Made by a program: the position numbers and the translations under genes. Under the pieces are notes generated by a model that did not search any database, was not told the origin of the DNA, and was given only the letters and a program-made list of their open reading frames with translations. Positions 50,101 through 59,323 of a stretch of 64,000 nt of DNA are shown one piece after another (position 1 is the stretch's first letter; each line of letters opens with the position of its first letter). Source of the stretch: Actinomycetota bacterium (GTDB taxonomy: Bacteria; Actinomycetota; Acidimicrobiia; Spongiisociales; UBA4744); contig JAADGS010000030.1 of NCBI GenBank assembly GCA_013152275.1, forward strand, positions 1-64,000, read 5' to 3'.

Positions 50101-51005
50101 GCGGCGTCCCGGATCTCGCGCTCCCCCGAACAGAACACGAGGATGTCACCGGAGCCCTCCGTGTATAGCTCCACGACGGCATCGGCGATCGCCTGTGGCT
50201 GATCGCGCGGCTTGGACAGTTCGGGATCGTCGAGCGGCCGGTAGCGAATCTCGACCGGGTAGGCGCGACCGGACACCTCCACGACGGGGGCCCCGTCGAA
50301 GTGCTCGGAGAACCGCTCCGTGTCGATCGTGGCGGAGGTGATGATCACCTTCAGGTCGGGACGCCGGGGCAGCAGCGCCTTGAGGTAACCAAGCAGGAAG
50401 TCGATGTTGAGGCTGCGTTCGTGGGCCTCGTCGACGATGATCGTGTCGTAGCGGGCAAGGCGCCGATCCCGGTGGATCTCCGAAAGCAAGATGCCGTCGG
50501 TCATGACCCTGATCAGCGTGCCGTCACCGACCCGGTCGGTGAACCGGACGGTGTAGCCGACGAGGCCACCGACCGCCGTGCCGGTCTCTTCGGCGATTCG
50601 CTCGGCGATCGAGCGGGCCGCGATACGCCGTGGCTGGGTGTGGCCGATGAAGCCGTCGACCCCGCGTCCGAGTTCGAGGCACAGCTTGGGGATCTGGGTG
50701 CTCTTGCCCGAGCCTGTCTCGCCCGAGACGATCACCACCTGGTTGGCCCGGATGACCTCGCCGAGCTCGTCGAGGCGGTCGGTGATCGGCAGGTCCGCCG
50801 GATAGGTGAACTTGTCGGGCACGGCGGCCTTCCTGTGGGCGATGCGACGCTCCGCGCGGGTCAGGTCCGCGGCGATGGCCTCGAGGGCAGCCTTGCGCCT
50901 CGCGGGCGCGTCGATCTTGGTCGCGCCGGCAAGGCGGCGTTGGAACGACCGGCGGTCGGCCGGTGTCAGCCCGTCGACGCGGGCGCGAAGGTCGGCGAGG
51001 TTCAT
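47142..51005 (-). CDS. hrpA: ATP-dependent RNA helicase HrpA
   Basis: GETGSGKS, TQPRRIAA, DEAH, SAT, QRAGRCGR, C-terminal ELRVSLFAQ. Confidence 0.96.
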   Translation of the reverse strand: MNLADLRARVDGLTPADRRSFQRRLAGATKIDAPARRKAALEAIAADLTRAERRIAHRKAAVPDKFTYPADLPITDRLDELGEVIRANQVVIVSGETGSGKSTQIPKLCLELGRGVDGFIGHTQPRRIAARSIAERIAEETGTAVGGLVGYTVRFTDRVGDGTLIRVMTDGILLSEIHRDRRLARYDTIIVDEAHERSLNIDFLLGYLKALLPRRPDLKVIITSATIDTERFSEHFDGAPVVEVSGRAYPVEIRYRPLDDPELSKPRDQPQAIADAVVELYTEGSGDILVFCSGEREIRDAADAVADLGLAHTQVLPLYGRLSAAEQHRVFEPHRGRRIIVATNVAETSLTVPGIRSVIDVGTARISRYSRRTKVQRLPIEPISQASADQRAGRCGRLGPGVCIRLYAEDDYRSRPAFTEPEIRRTNLASVILQMAALDLGDIEAFGFLDPPDSRSIRDGIALLEELGAVNPAHQGTRRWLTKLGRRLARFPLDVRLARMVIEADRNGCLTEVLVIAAALSVRDPRERPAEHRQHADQLHARFKHPDSDLLSWLHLWEYLQTERSARTSNRFRRMCRDEFLSERRIREWQHIHAQLRDVTEDLGMIANTTPADPDAIHRSVLAGLLSHIGIKDPGGYEYRGARNARFFIAPGSALFKAAPQWVMAAELVETSRLWARGVAPVRPEWVEQVGAHLVRTSYSDPWWDADRGAAAAYETVTIYGLPLVTDRNVQYGRIDPAGAREMFISHALVAGEWETHHDFAAHNEAMIEQVQALEARERRTDLLVDDAAIFEFFDRRIPGDVISVRHFDRWWKDARHDDPHLLELGLDDLIDPEAAAPDTDAFPEVWHHGDVAMALAYTFEPGGTTDGVTVDVPISGIDRVDPAVFEWHVPGYRVELITELIRTLPKQFRKPFVPIPDTARVLAERLGPDDGRLLSVLRRELAHIGGVSIPPDVFDLDALPAHLRPTFRVVDDHGEPIAESDDLAVLKTELRDAARAMPVTSHELEQIGLTTWSIGALPRVVEIGDAGRRVHAYPALVDEGGSVAVRLLATAEEQANAMWAGATRLLALNLPSAGRMLRLLLNDDARRAIRSGPHGAPAEWVDDCVTCVAGQVITDAGGPPWDGVGFDALVARAGEDLAERVEAVGSVSLRILDLARSLRASLGRTDADAPQAAAADMQGQLDQLIYPGFLTAVGAARLADVERYLRAVERRLERVVGDPQRDRERMTLVQRLEGEYERLCEVLPPSPELAEIAWMLQELRVSLFAQALGTRGKVSEQRIVKALQGL

Positions 51006-51093
51006 GGCTTCGTGGGAGGGCCCATGATTGCCGCTCCCGGCGGTCGAGGCCACCTTGGGACGAACCGCGGTCCGTTACGCTTGCCCAAATCAA

Positions 51094-51146
51094 CCGTTCT
51101 GGTGACGGTTGGACCGGATAGTTCCCCCGAACCGTCACGAGAACGG
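51094..51146. repeat. 53-bp hairpin repeat, family A copy 1
   Basis: CCGTTCTGGTGACGGTTGG...CGAACCGTCACGAGAACGG; homologous to 52046-52098. Confidence 0.9.
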
Positions 51147-51152
51147 AGTCGT

Positions 51153-52034
51153 ATGTCGAGCCGATGGATGATCGCCGCCTCACTCACCGCGGTGTACGTC
51201 ATCTGGAGCTCCACCTACCTGGCGCTTCGGTTCCTCGTCGAGACGTTCCCGCCGTTTCTCGGCACCTCGATCCGCATGATGATCGCCGGCGCCATTCTCT
51301 TCACCTGGGCACGGTGGCGTGGCTCGCCGATACCCACCCCACGCCAATGGCGCAACGGATTCGCCGTCGGGACCCTGCTGTTCGTCGGTGGGCTCGGCCT
51401 GGTGACCGTCGCCGAAGACATCGGCGTCGGATCCGGCGTGGCAGCAACGGCAGTGGCGATGGTGCCGGTGTGGGCAGCGGTGATCTCAGGCCTGTTCGGG
51501 CGCTGGCCGACAAGGCTCGAATGGATCGGGATCGTCGTCGGCATCGCCGGGGTGGCGCTGCTGTCGGGCGAGGGCGACTTCCGTGCCGCACCGCTCGGTC
51601 TGGTCCTCGTCGTCGTCTCCCCGATCTTGTGGGCGTTCGGTTCGGTCTGGTCCGCGCACATCGATCTGCCTGCCGGCCCGATGTCGGCCGCCATCCAGAT
51701 GCTCGGCGGCGGAGTGGCACTCGCGTTGATCGGCTCCGGGATCGGCGAGTCGATCACAACCGCTCCCAGCCTCAAATCGTGGCTGGCACTTGCGTGGCTG
51801 ACCCTCCTCGGGTCGCTGATCGGATTCAGCGCCTACACGTATCTGCTGCGCACCGTGCGCCCTGTGCTGGCCACCTCCTACGCCTACGTGAACCCGTTGT
51901 TCGCGGTGATCCTCGGCGTGACACTCGGGAAGGAACGGCTCACCGGCGAAGCGTGGGTGGCGCTGCCGATCATCCTCGTGGCGGTCGGTCTGATCGTGTG
52001 GAGTCGCAACCGCGCACCGATGCCCGTCGAGTGA
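51153..52034 (+). CDS. yedA: EamA/DMT drug-metabolite exporter, YedA-like
   Basis: VYVIWSSTYLA, GSLIGFSAY, LATSYAYVNP. Confidence 0.85.
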   Translation: MSSRWMIAASLTAVYVIWSSTYLALRFLVETFPPFLGTSIRMMIAGAILFTWARWRGSPIPTPRQWRNGFAVGTLLFVGGLGLVTVAEDIGVGSGVAATAVAMVPVWAAVISGLFGRWPTRLEWIGIVVGIAGVALLSGEGDFRAAPLGLVLVVVSPILWAFGSVWSAHIDLPAGPMSAAIQMLGGGVALALIGSGIGESITTAPSLKSWLALAWLTLLGSLIGFSAYTYLLRTVRPVLATSYAYVNPLFAVILGVTLGKERLTGEAWVALPIILVAVGLIVWSRNRAPMPVE

Positions 52035-52045
52035 CGCCCACCCAC

Positions 52046-52098
52046 CCGTTCTCGTGACGGTTGGGCCGGATAATTCCCACCAAGCGTCACGAGAACGG
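52046..52098. repeat. 53-bp hairpin repeat, family A copy 2
   Basis: CCGTTCTCGTGACGGTTGG...CCAAGCGTCACGAGAACGG. Confidence 0.9.
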
Positions 52099-52200
52099 AG
52101 GACGACCGATTCCCGTCGGTTATCGATTCGCTCTCGTGGACCATTGGAACCCGAGGCGGCAGCGGCGCATACTGGGAACGATCAGCGAGGGGTTGCCGGC

Positions 52201-53736
52201 ATGCAGATGGAAGAGTTCCGCACACGGGCACGGGACATCGTCAACGATCCCAACCTCACCTACCACCAGCGCAGGCACTACCTCGCCGGTCTTGCCGAAG
52301 AAGCCCTCGAGCCTCCCGCTCTCGGCGCCGACGCCCGCGAGGCCCTCAACAAGCGGATCATCTGCGATCTGTACGAAGGCAACGCCCCCTATCGGGCCCG
52401 CTACATCCTGCCCGACTACGCGAAAGCTCTCGCACAGGGATCCGCATTCCTCGAACTCGACCCGCCGACGAGCCTCGACGAGGCCCTCAACTTCCTGCTC
52501 ATCCTCTACACGCAGGTGCCATCGATCACGTCGTACCCCGTCTACCTCGGAGACATCGACAAGCTGCTCGAACCGTACACGGACGGCATCTCCGACGAAG
52601 ACCTCTACGACAAGCTCCGCCTGTTCTGGCGGGCCCTCGACCGGATGTTCCCCGACGCGTTCACCCATGTCGACCTCGGCCCGGACGACTCGCGCGTCGG
52701 ACGGACGATCTTTCGCATCGAACGTGACCTCGAGCAGGTCGTGCCCAACATCACGTTCAAGGTCGACCCCGAGCGCACCCCCGACGACTTCGTCAGAGAT
52801 GGCGTCCTGACCGTCTTCAAAGTCGCCAAGCCGCACTTCGTGAACCACCCGCTCATGGTCCGCGACCTCGGCGAGGATTACGCGTCGGTCAGTTGCTACA
52901 ACTCGCTCCCGATCGGTGGCGGCTCGCACACCCTCGTCCGCCTCAACCTCAAAGAGGTCGCCCGCCGGCACAACGGCACACCCGAAGCGTTCCTCACCAC
53001 GACGCTGCCCCACTATGTGGCACTCACCGCAGAGATCATCGAGTCCCGCATCCGCTACCTCGTCGAAGAAGCAAGGTTCTTTGAACACGACTTCCTCGCA
53101 AAGGAAGGACTCATCGACCTGTCCAAGTTCTCCGCCATGTTCGGCGTGTTCGGCCTCGCCGAGTGTGTCGAGGCACTCGGCGCCGGCACCTACGGGACCG
53201 ACGAGGCCGCCAACGAACTGTCGTATCGGATCGTCGACGCGATTGCCGCGCAGGTCGCCGCCACTCCGATGCCGCACTGCGAAGGCAACGGCGGGGTCTG
53301 CTTCCTCCATTCACAGTCGGGCATCGACTCCGACGTCGGCGTGACTGCGGGAACTCGGGTCGCCATCGGTGCCGAACCGGGCCTCTATGAGCACATCCGC
53401 GCCGTCGCACCGCATCACGACAAGTTCAGCGCCGGGGTCAGCGACGTCTTCCAGGTCGAAGACACCGTCGTGAACAACCCGGACGCGATGGTCGACGTCA
53501 TCCGGGGGGCGTTCCATGAAGGCATGCGCGACTTCACCTTCAACGTCGGATGCAACGACTTCATTCGCATCACCGGCTACCTGGTCCGCAAGTCCGACCT
53601 GGCCGAATTCGCGGCGTCGGGCGCTCGACACAACAGCACCGCGTTCGGGTACGGGGCCGAAGCGAACACCCACATCACTACCCGCAACGTCAAGCGAGTA
53701 CTGGTTCATGAGCGCACCCCGCGCCCTCCTGAATGA
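52201..53736 (+). CDS. yjjI: YjjI-family glycyl radical enzyme
   Basis: ICDLYEGNAPYRARYILPDY, VPSITSYPVYLG, SCYNSLP, glycyl motif IRITGYLV. Confidence 0.92.
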   Translation: MQMEEFRTRARDIVNDPNLTYHQRRHYLAGLAEEALEPPALGADAREALNKRIICDLYEGNAPYRARYILPDYAKALAQGSAFLELDPPTSLDEALNFLLILYTQVPSITSYPVYLGDIDKLLEPYTDGISDEDLYDKLRLFWRALDRMFPDAFTHVDLGPDDSRVGRTIFRIERDLEQVVPNITFKVDPERTPDDFVRDGVLTVFKVAKPHFVNHPLMVRDLGEDYASVSCYNSLPIGGGSHTLVRLNLKEVARRHNGTPEAFLTTTLPHYVALTAEIIESRIRYLVEEARFFEHDFLAKEGLIDLSKFSAMFGVFGLAECVEALGAGTYGTDEAANELSYRIVDAIAAQVAATPMPHCEGNGGVCFLHSQSGIDSDVGVTAGTRVAIGAEPGLYEHIRAVAPHHDKFSAGVSDVFQVEDTVVNNPDAMVDVIRGAFHEGMRDFTFNVGCNDFIRITGYLVRKSDLAEFAASGARHNSTAFGYGAEANTHITTRNVKRVLVHERTPRPPE

Positions 53737-54565
53737 CTTCATCCCGTTCAGCAACGTCGACGGGCCCGGGAACCGGTTCGTCCTGTTCCTGCAGGGCTGC
53801 AACTTCGACTGCACCTTCTGTCACAACCCCTACACGATCAGCACGTGCATCGACTGCGAGATCTGTATCGAACCGTGCCCCGAAGATGCCCTGTCCCTTG
53901 ACACCGACGGCAGCGTAACGGTCGACTGGGGTCGCTGTACCCGATGCGACATCTGCGTAGATGTCTGCCCATACGACTCGACCCCGCTGGCCAGACAGGT
54001 CACCGTCGATGAGATCTTCTCCGAGATCCGCGCCGCTGCACCGTTCCTGTCCGGGATCACCGTCTCCGGCGGGGAAGCGACCCTGCAACCCGGGTTCGTC
54101 GCCGCCCTGTTCGCGGAGATCAAGACCCACCCGGACACCCGGCACCTCACCACGTTCGTCGACAGCAACGGATCCTGTTCCCCCGAGACGTGGGACGTGC
54201 TGCTGCCGGTCATGGACGGCGCCATGATCGACATCAAGGCCTTCGACGATGCCATCCACGTCGCGCTGACCGGTGTCGGCAACGGCCGGGTGCTCGACTC
54301 CATCCGGTATCTCGCACGGCGCAACCGCCTTCACGAGGTGCGCCTCCCCCTCATCTCGGGTGTCAACGACGCCGACGACCTGCTCACACGCACCGCACGC
54401 TGGATTGCCTCCATCGACCCTGCGTTGCGCGTCAAGGTGATCGGGTTCCGCAAACACGGCGTCCGAGCCGAATACCAGGATCTCGCCGAGCCGACCGCCG
54501 ATCAGATGGAGCACTACGAGCAGGTCCTCTCCGCCGCCGGTGTGAGCGAGATCGTGCGCGTCTGA
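53708..54565 (+). CDS. yjjW: YjjW-family glycyl-radical activating enzyme
   Basis: PFSNVDGPGNR, CNFDCTFCHNP, two ferredoxin motifs CxxCxxCxxxC, SGGEATLQ. Confidence 0.92.
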   Translation: MSAPRALLNDFIPFSNVDGPGNRFVLFLQGCNFDCTFCHNPYTISTCIDCEICIEPCPEDALSLDTDGSVTVDWGRCTRCDICVDVCPYDSTPLARQVTVDEIFSEIRAAAPFLSGITVSGGEATLQPGFVAALFAEIKTHPDTRHLTTFVDSNGSCSPETWDVLLPVMDGAMIDIKAFDDAIHVALTGVGNGRVLDSIRYLARRNRLHEVRLPLISGVNDADDLLTRTARWIASIDPALRVKVIGFRKHGVRAEYQDLAEPTADQMEHYEQVLSAAGVSEIVRV

Positions 54566-54714
54566 CGGGGAAGCCGTCGGCGGCCGTGCCCCGTCGAGCC
54601 CGGTGGGAACTTCGCCTCGTCCCCTCCCCTGCGAGAAGAAGGCCGAGCCTCTCCCACAGATCGGCGCCTTCGACGATGCCGCCGGGCTCGAGCTCTGACT
54701 ACGGTGTCAGGAGC

Positions 54715-55743
54715 ATGGCAACACACGAACGAGAGCTTGTCGAGCCGGTGGATCTATGCCTGGCCGGCGGGCGCCGGTTGAACCCCGAAGCCATCGGATG
54801 GTCGCGCCGTCCACTCCACAACGCCAACCTTCACGGCGTGTGGGGACGGACGAAGCGATGGGATTACTGGGCCGTCCAATCCGATGAGCTTGTCTTGTCG
54901 ATCACCCTGGCCGACCTCGACTACATCGGCTTGGCGACCGTCGAATGGATCGTTCTCGGGTCACACGAGTCCGGAGGTCGGTCCGTCACCGTGCCCCTGG
55001 CACGGGGCATCGATCTCCCAGGAACCGTATGCGACGGTCGGGTCGGCTACCACGGCGACGATCTGCAGATCGACATTGCGTATGGCTCCCAAGCAACGAC
55101 CATTCGCGCCGAGTGGACCGAGTCGGGGTCGCCGGGAAGCATCGACGTCTCCGTTGCGAACCCCGCAGGGGACGAATCTCTCAACGTGGTGATCCCGTGG
55201 TCGGACAGACGGTTCCAGTTCACGTCGAAGCATCAGGGGCGGCCGGCGACGGGCCGAGCCGTCCTCGGTGATCGCTCCTTCGAACTTGGTGGCGAATCCG
55301 GCGATGCCTGGGGCATCCTCGACATCGGCCGCGGTCGATGGCCCTACCGCACTCACTGGAACTGGGGCGGGGGAACAGGCCGCGGCAGCGACGGCCGCCG
55401 GGTCGCCCTCCAGTTCGGGGGCAAGTGGACGGAGGGCACCGGTTTCACCGAGAACGGCGTGTTCATCGACGGTCGGCTCCACAAGATCGGTGAAGAGCTC
55501 GACTGGCGATACACCTGGGACGACCCGATGCAACCCTGGCGGGTGCGCTCCGACGACGGGGCTCTCGACGTCACCCTGACCCCGGTCCACGACCGCCACG
55601 CCCGCACCAACCTCGGAGTGGTCATGAACGAGGTCCACCAGGTGTTCGGTCGGTGGTCGGGAACCGTACCCGACGGAGCAGGCTCGACCCTGTCCATCGA
55701 GGACGCTCTCGGTTTCGCCGAGGAGTCCCGCGCCCGCTGGTAG
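54715..55743 (+). CDS. DUF2804-family protein
   Basis: KRWDYW, FQFTSK, LDIGRGRWPY.THWNW, TENG, HQVFG, GFAEE..ARW. Confidence 0.82.
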   Translation: MATHERELVEPVDLCLAGGRRLNPEAIGWSRRPLHNANLHGVWGRTKRWDYWAVQSDELVLSITLADLDYIGLATVEWIVLGSHESGGRSVTVPLARGIDLPGTVCDGRVGYHGDDLQIDIAYGSQATTIRAEWTESGSPGSIDVSVANPAGDESLNVVIPWSDRRFQFTSKHQGRPATGRAVLGDRSFELGGESGDAWGILDIGRGRWPYRTHWNWGGGTGRGSDGRRVALQFGGKWTEGTGFTENGVFIDGRLHKIGEELDWRYTWDDPMQPWRVRSDDGALDVTLTPVHDRHARTNLGVVMNEVHQVFGRWSGTVPDGAGSTLSIEDALGFAEESRARW

Positions 55744-55942
55744 CAGCCGGCCATCACAAGGCCGGGTGTGGCGCTCGGGCCCGATCCGGTCCCGGCAACC
55801 CTCCCCCTCGCTCCCTCGGGGCACTCCACCGATGCTGGCTTCGTTCGCCGGCGAGAGACACGACTCGCGCCGCTCAACCGGCGGAAACCAAGGCTCACCC
55901 CACTCACCGGGAGACAACCTCCCCATTTGATAACCTGTAGGT

Positions 55943-56833
55943 ATGGATCTGAAGCTCCTCCGATCGTTCGTGGTCGTCGCCGAGGAGGAGCACGTCGGGC
56001 GCGCCGCCAAGCGGCTATTCATCTCTCAGCCCGCCCTGAGCAAGCAGATCCGCAGGCTCGAGGGCCGGCTCGGAGTTCCCCTGGTCCAACGGGTGGGACG
56101 CCGCATCGAGCTCACCGCCGCCGGCAGGGTGCTGGCGACGGAGGCTGTGGGCATTCTCGAAGCCACCGACGTCGCGATCGGCCGTGTCCGGGCTTCGATG
56201 CGGGCGGAACAGGACGAGGTGGTGATCGCCTTCGTGCCGCCGATGCCGCACCAACTCACCACCGACGTGCTGCGCGAGGCAGGCGACTCTCTCGGCTGTG
56301 AGGTGACGCTGCGCAACGTGGGCTGGCATGAGCAGGTCTCGGCGGTCGCCTCGGGGATGGCCGACCTCTCGCTGATTCGCGGTCCCGTCGAAGGATTCAC
56401 CCATCGCGAGCACATCCACTATGAGAAGGTCTTCGAAGAGCCCCGGGTGGCCGCCTTCGCCGCAGATCATCCCCTGGCGAACGAAGCAAGCATCGAGATG
56501 GCCGATCTGACCGATGAACCGATCGCCGTTTCGGCGCCCAACACCGACTACTGGACGGTGAACCCCCGGCCGGACGGATCGACCCCGGTGTTCGGGCCGA
56601 CGGTGTCCAGTGTCACGGAGATGCTCGAGGTCGTCGCGGCGGGACGGGCGATGGTCCTGACGGCAAGGTCGCTCGGCGAGTACTACGTGCGGCCCGACAT
56701 CGTGTACGTACCGGTACGAGACATCTCGCCTTCTGAAGTGTTCCTCGCATGGTCGCCGTCCACGATCGGCACGACCGCATCGAAGGTCCTGAACGATCTG
56801 CAGCGAAGGGCCCGGGAGATCACCATCGGCTGA
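55943..56833 (+). CDS. LysR-family transcriptional regulator
   Basis: [10 protein letters not shown]...[21 protein letters not shown]...LTAAG. Confidence 0.93.
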   Translation: MDLKLLRSFVVVAEEEHVGRAAKRLFISQPALSKQIRRLEGRLGVPLVQRVGRRIELTAAGRVLATEAVGILEATDVAIGRVRASMRAEQDEVVIAFVPPMPHQLTTDVLREAGDSLGCEVTLRNVGWHEQVSAVASGMADLSLIRGPVEGFTHREHIHYEKVFEEPRVAAFAADHPLANEASIEMADLTDEPIAVSAPNTDYWTVNPRPDGSTPVFGPTVSSVTEMLEVVAAGRAMVLTARSLGEYYVRPDIVYVPVRDISPSEVFLAWSPSTIGTTASKVLNDLQRRAREITIG

Positions 56834-56854
56834 TCCGAAGACCCCCCATACCGT

Positions 56855-56905
56855 TGAACCCAGGGCTCAGGGGGGTCGCCACGACCCCTACGAGCCCTGG
56901 GTTCA
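56855..56905. repeat. About 51-bp hairpin repeat, family B copy 1
   Basis: TGAACCCAGGGCTCAGGGGGGTCG-CCA-CGACCCCTACGAGCCCTGGGTTCA. Confidence 0.9.
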
Positions 56906-56928
56906 GAAGAAATGGGGGATGCAAGATG

Positions 56929-56967
56929 ATTTAGGTGATTCTCATCATTCCTTCAGTTTCGTCTTAG
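56929..56967 (+). promoter_or_regulatory. Hexamer direct repeats at 11-bp period (OmpR/MprA-type boxes)
   Basis: ATTTAG, TCTCAT, CTTCAG, TCTTAG at 56929, 56940, 56951, 56962. Confidence 0.45.
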
Positions 56968-57210
56968 CCGACCCGAGGAACATGGGTTCGTGTGAGGGAG
57001 GGATCGATGACGAACGTTCACTTCGGCAGACCGCCACGACATCGCCAAGCGATGTCACGTGTTCCCGTACCGGATGGTGCCCGACGCCCGGCCCACCATC
57101 GCCGCCACACACCTCTTCACCTCACGCACGCCCCTTGACGGTCTCGGATCGACTCATCCGACCGACCGACCCGCGAGCCTGCCGGCTCACAGACCCCACA
57201 AGAGGCCCAT

Positions 57211-58374
57211 ATGCAATTGCGACGCGCTTTCACCATGCTCATCACCATCGGACTGCTCTTCGCCCTGGCGGCACCCGCCTCGGCACAGGACACGACCGGC
57301 ACGAACACCATCACGCTCTCGACGCCGTACACGGCCGTCGCCGTCGAACCCGGTCACACCGTCACCTTCAATCTCAACCTGTCGGCACCGCAAGGTGAAC
57401 ACATCACCTTCGACGTCACCGGGGCCCCCGATGGTTGGACCACCACGCTCAAGGGCGGCGGTTTCGTGGTCGACGGCGTCGCCTACGACATCAACCATCC
57501 GCCGGCTCTGCGACTCAGCGTCACCGTGCCGAACGAGGCGACGGACGGTCTCTACAAGCTGAGCGTGTCGGCGACCGGAGCGAGCGGCAGAGCACAACTC
57601 GACCTCGCCTTGCGGGTGGCCGCACAGGTCGGCGGTGGTGTCACGATGACGTCCGATTATCCTGCTCTACGAGGCCCGTCCGGTGTGAAGTTCAGCTACC
57701 GCCTGCGCCTGAACAACGATACGACCCAAGAGATCCAGTTCGGCCTCGATACCACCGCGCCCGATGGATGGCAGGTCCAGGCCCGCCCGTCCGGCCAGAG
57801 CCTTGCTTCGACGATCACGATCAAGCCCGGTGAGTCCTCGACGATCCTCGTCGAGGCCACCCCACCCAGCGATGCCTCCGCCGGTTCATACGAGATCGAT
57901 GTAACCGCCAGCGGAAGCAGCTACACGGCCACCGCGCAGCTCACCGCTCAGATCACCGGGAGCTACGCCATCCTCCTGGCGACCCAAGACCAGCGACTCA
58001 ACGCCGACGTCGTCGCCGGGAAGGGGACGGATCTGCAGCTCGAAGTCTTCAACACGGGCTCGGCGCCTCTCGAGAACATCCAGCTGCACGCGACCGCTCC
58101 GTCAGGGTGGAAGACGGCTTTCGCTCCGGCAACGGTTGCCGAGATCGCTCCCGGAGACTCGGTGCCGGTGACCCTCACCATCACACCATCGCACGACGCC
58201 GTGGCCGGCGACTACCGGCTCTCGCTTTCATCACAGACGAAACAGGCCAAGGACTCGATCGAGCTGCGGGCGACGGTCAAGACATCGGCCGCCTGGGGTC
58301 TCGTCGGCGTCGGGCTGATCGTCCTCGTCCTCGCCGGACTCGGCATCGTGTTCCGCCGCTTCGGAAGGAGATGA
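57211..58374 (+). CDS. Membrane-anchored NEW3 (NPCBM-associated) domain protein
   Basis: Signal peptide, three Ig-like repeats (APDGW, APDGW, APSGW; GLY, AGSY, AGDY), C-terminal TM followed by RRFGRR. Confidence 0.85.
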   Translation: MQLRRAFTMLITIGLLFALAAPASAQDTTGTNTITLSTPYTAVAVEPGHTVTFNLNLSAPQGEHITFDVTGAPDGWTTTLKGGGFVVDGVAYDINHPPALRLSVTVPNEATDGLYKLSVSATGASGRAQLDLALRVAAQVGGGVTMTSDYPALRGPSGVKFSYRLRLNNDTTQEIQFGLDTTAPDGWQVQARPSGQSLASTITIKPGESSTILVEATPPSDASAGSYEIDVTASGSSYTATAQLTAQITGSYAILLATQDQRLNADVVAGKGTDLQLEVFNTGSAPLENIQLHATAPSGWKTAFAPATVAEIAPGDSVPVTLTITPSHDAVAGDYRLSLSSQTKQAKDSIELRATVKTSAAWGLVGVGLIVLVLAGLGIVFRRFGRR

Positions 58375-58378
58375 GTCC

Positions 58379-59323
58379 ATGCCGAGCGCCATCCTCACGA
58401 CCGGCCTCACAAAGACCTACGGCGACCACACCGTCGTCGATAAGCTGAATCTCGACATCGAGGAAGGCACGATCTTCGGCCTGCTCGGCCCAAACGGCGC
58501 CGGCAAGACGACAACGATCCTCATGATCCTGGGACTCAGCGAGCCGAGCGCCGGTTCGGTGCGCGTCGCCGGACTCGACCCGATCCGGCAACCCCTCGAA
58601 GTCAAGCGGCTCGTCGGCTATATGCCGGACAGCATCGGCTTCTACGAATCGCTCACCGGCCGTCAGAACCTTCGATACACGGCAAGACTGAACCGCATCC
58701 CGGACGACGAGTCGACGAAGCGCATCGCCGAACTGCTGGATCAGGTGGGGATGACCGACGCGGCCGATGAGCCGGCGGGCACCTACTCGCGCGGCATGCT
58801 CCAGCGGCTGGGCATCGCGGACACGCTCGTCAAGGATCCCCGCATCGCGATCCTCGACGAACCCACGATCGCCATCGACCCGGAAGGCGTCGCGGAGATG
58901 CAGTCGCTCATCCGAAGCCTCGCCGAAGACCAGGGGGTGACCGTCCTCGTCTCCAGTCATCTGCTCTACCAGATGCAGTCGATCTGCGATCGCGTGGGGA
59001 TCTTTGTCGACGGCAAGATGGCGGCCGAGGGAACCACCAGCGAACTCGCCGCCTCTCTCGGATCCACGGCGACCCTATACGAGATCGGCGTCGCCGCCGA
59101 CGCGGCCCGCGTGCAACAGGTGCTGTCGAACCTCGAGGCGGTGAAGTCGGTCTCCCCGATGGCGCGCACACACAACTGGCGCGTTGCCGTGGAACCCGGG
59201 CAAGCCCCGATGATCGCGAGTGGTCTCGTCTCCGCAGGCCTGCCCCTCACGCATTTCCGGCCGATGGGCGAAGACCTCGATGAGATCTACCACAGCTACT
59301 TCTCCCAGGAGGAGACCACATGA
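58379..59323 (+). CDS. ABC transporter ATP-binding protein
   Basis: GPNGAGKT, YSRGMLQR, LDEP, SSH. Confidence 0.93.
   Translation: MPSAILTTGLTKTYGDHTVVDKLNLDIEEGTIFGLLGPNGAGKTTTILMILGLSEPSAGSVRVAGLDPIRQPLEVKRLVGYMPDSIGFYESLTGRQNLRYTARLNRIPDDESTKRIAELLDQVGMTDAADEPAGTYSRGMLQRLGIADTLVKDPRIAILDEPTIAIDPEGVAEMQSLIRSLAEDQGVTVLVSSHLLYQMQSICDRVGIFVDGKMAAEGTTSELAASLGSTATLYEIGVAADAARVQQVLSNLEAVKSVSPMARTHNWRVAVEPGQAPMIASGLVSAGLPLTHFRPMGEDLDEIYHSYFSQEETT

Noticed and set aside
55744..55942. Divergent LysR target gene or riboswitch
   Set aside because: No credible minus-strand ORF or known aptamer motif.
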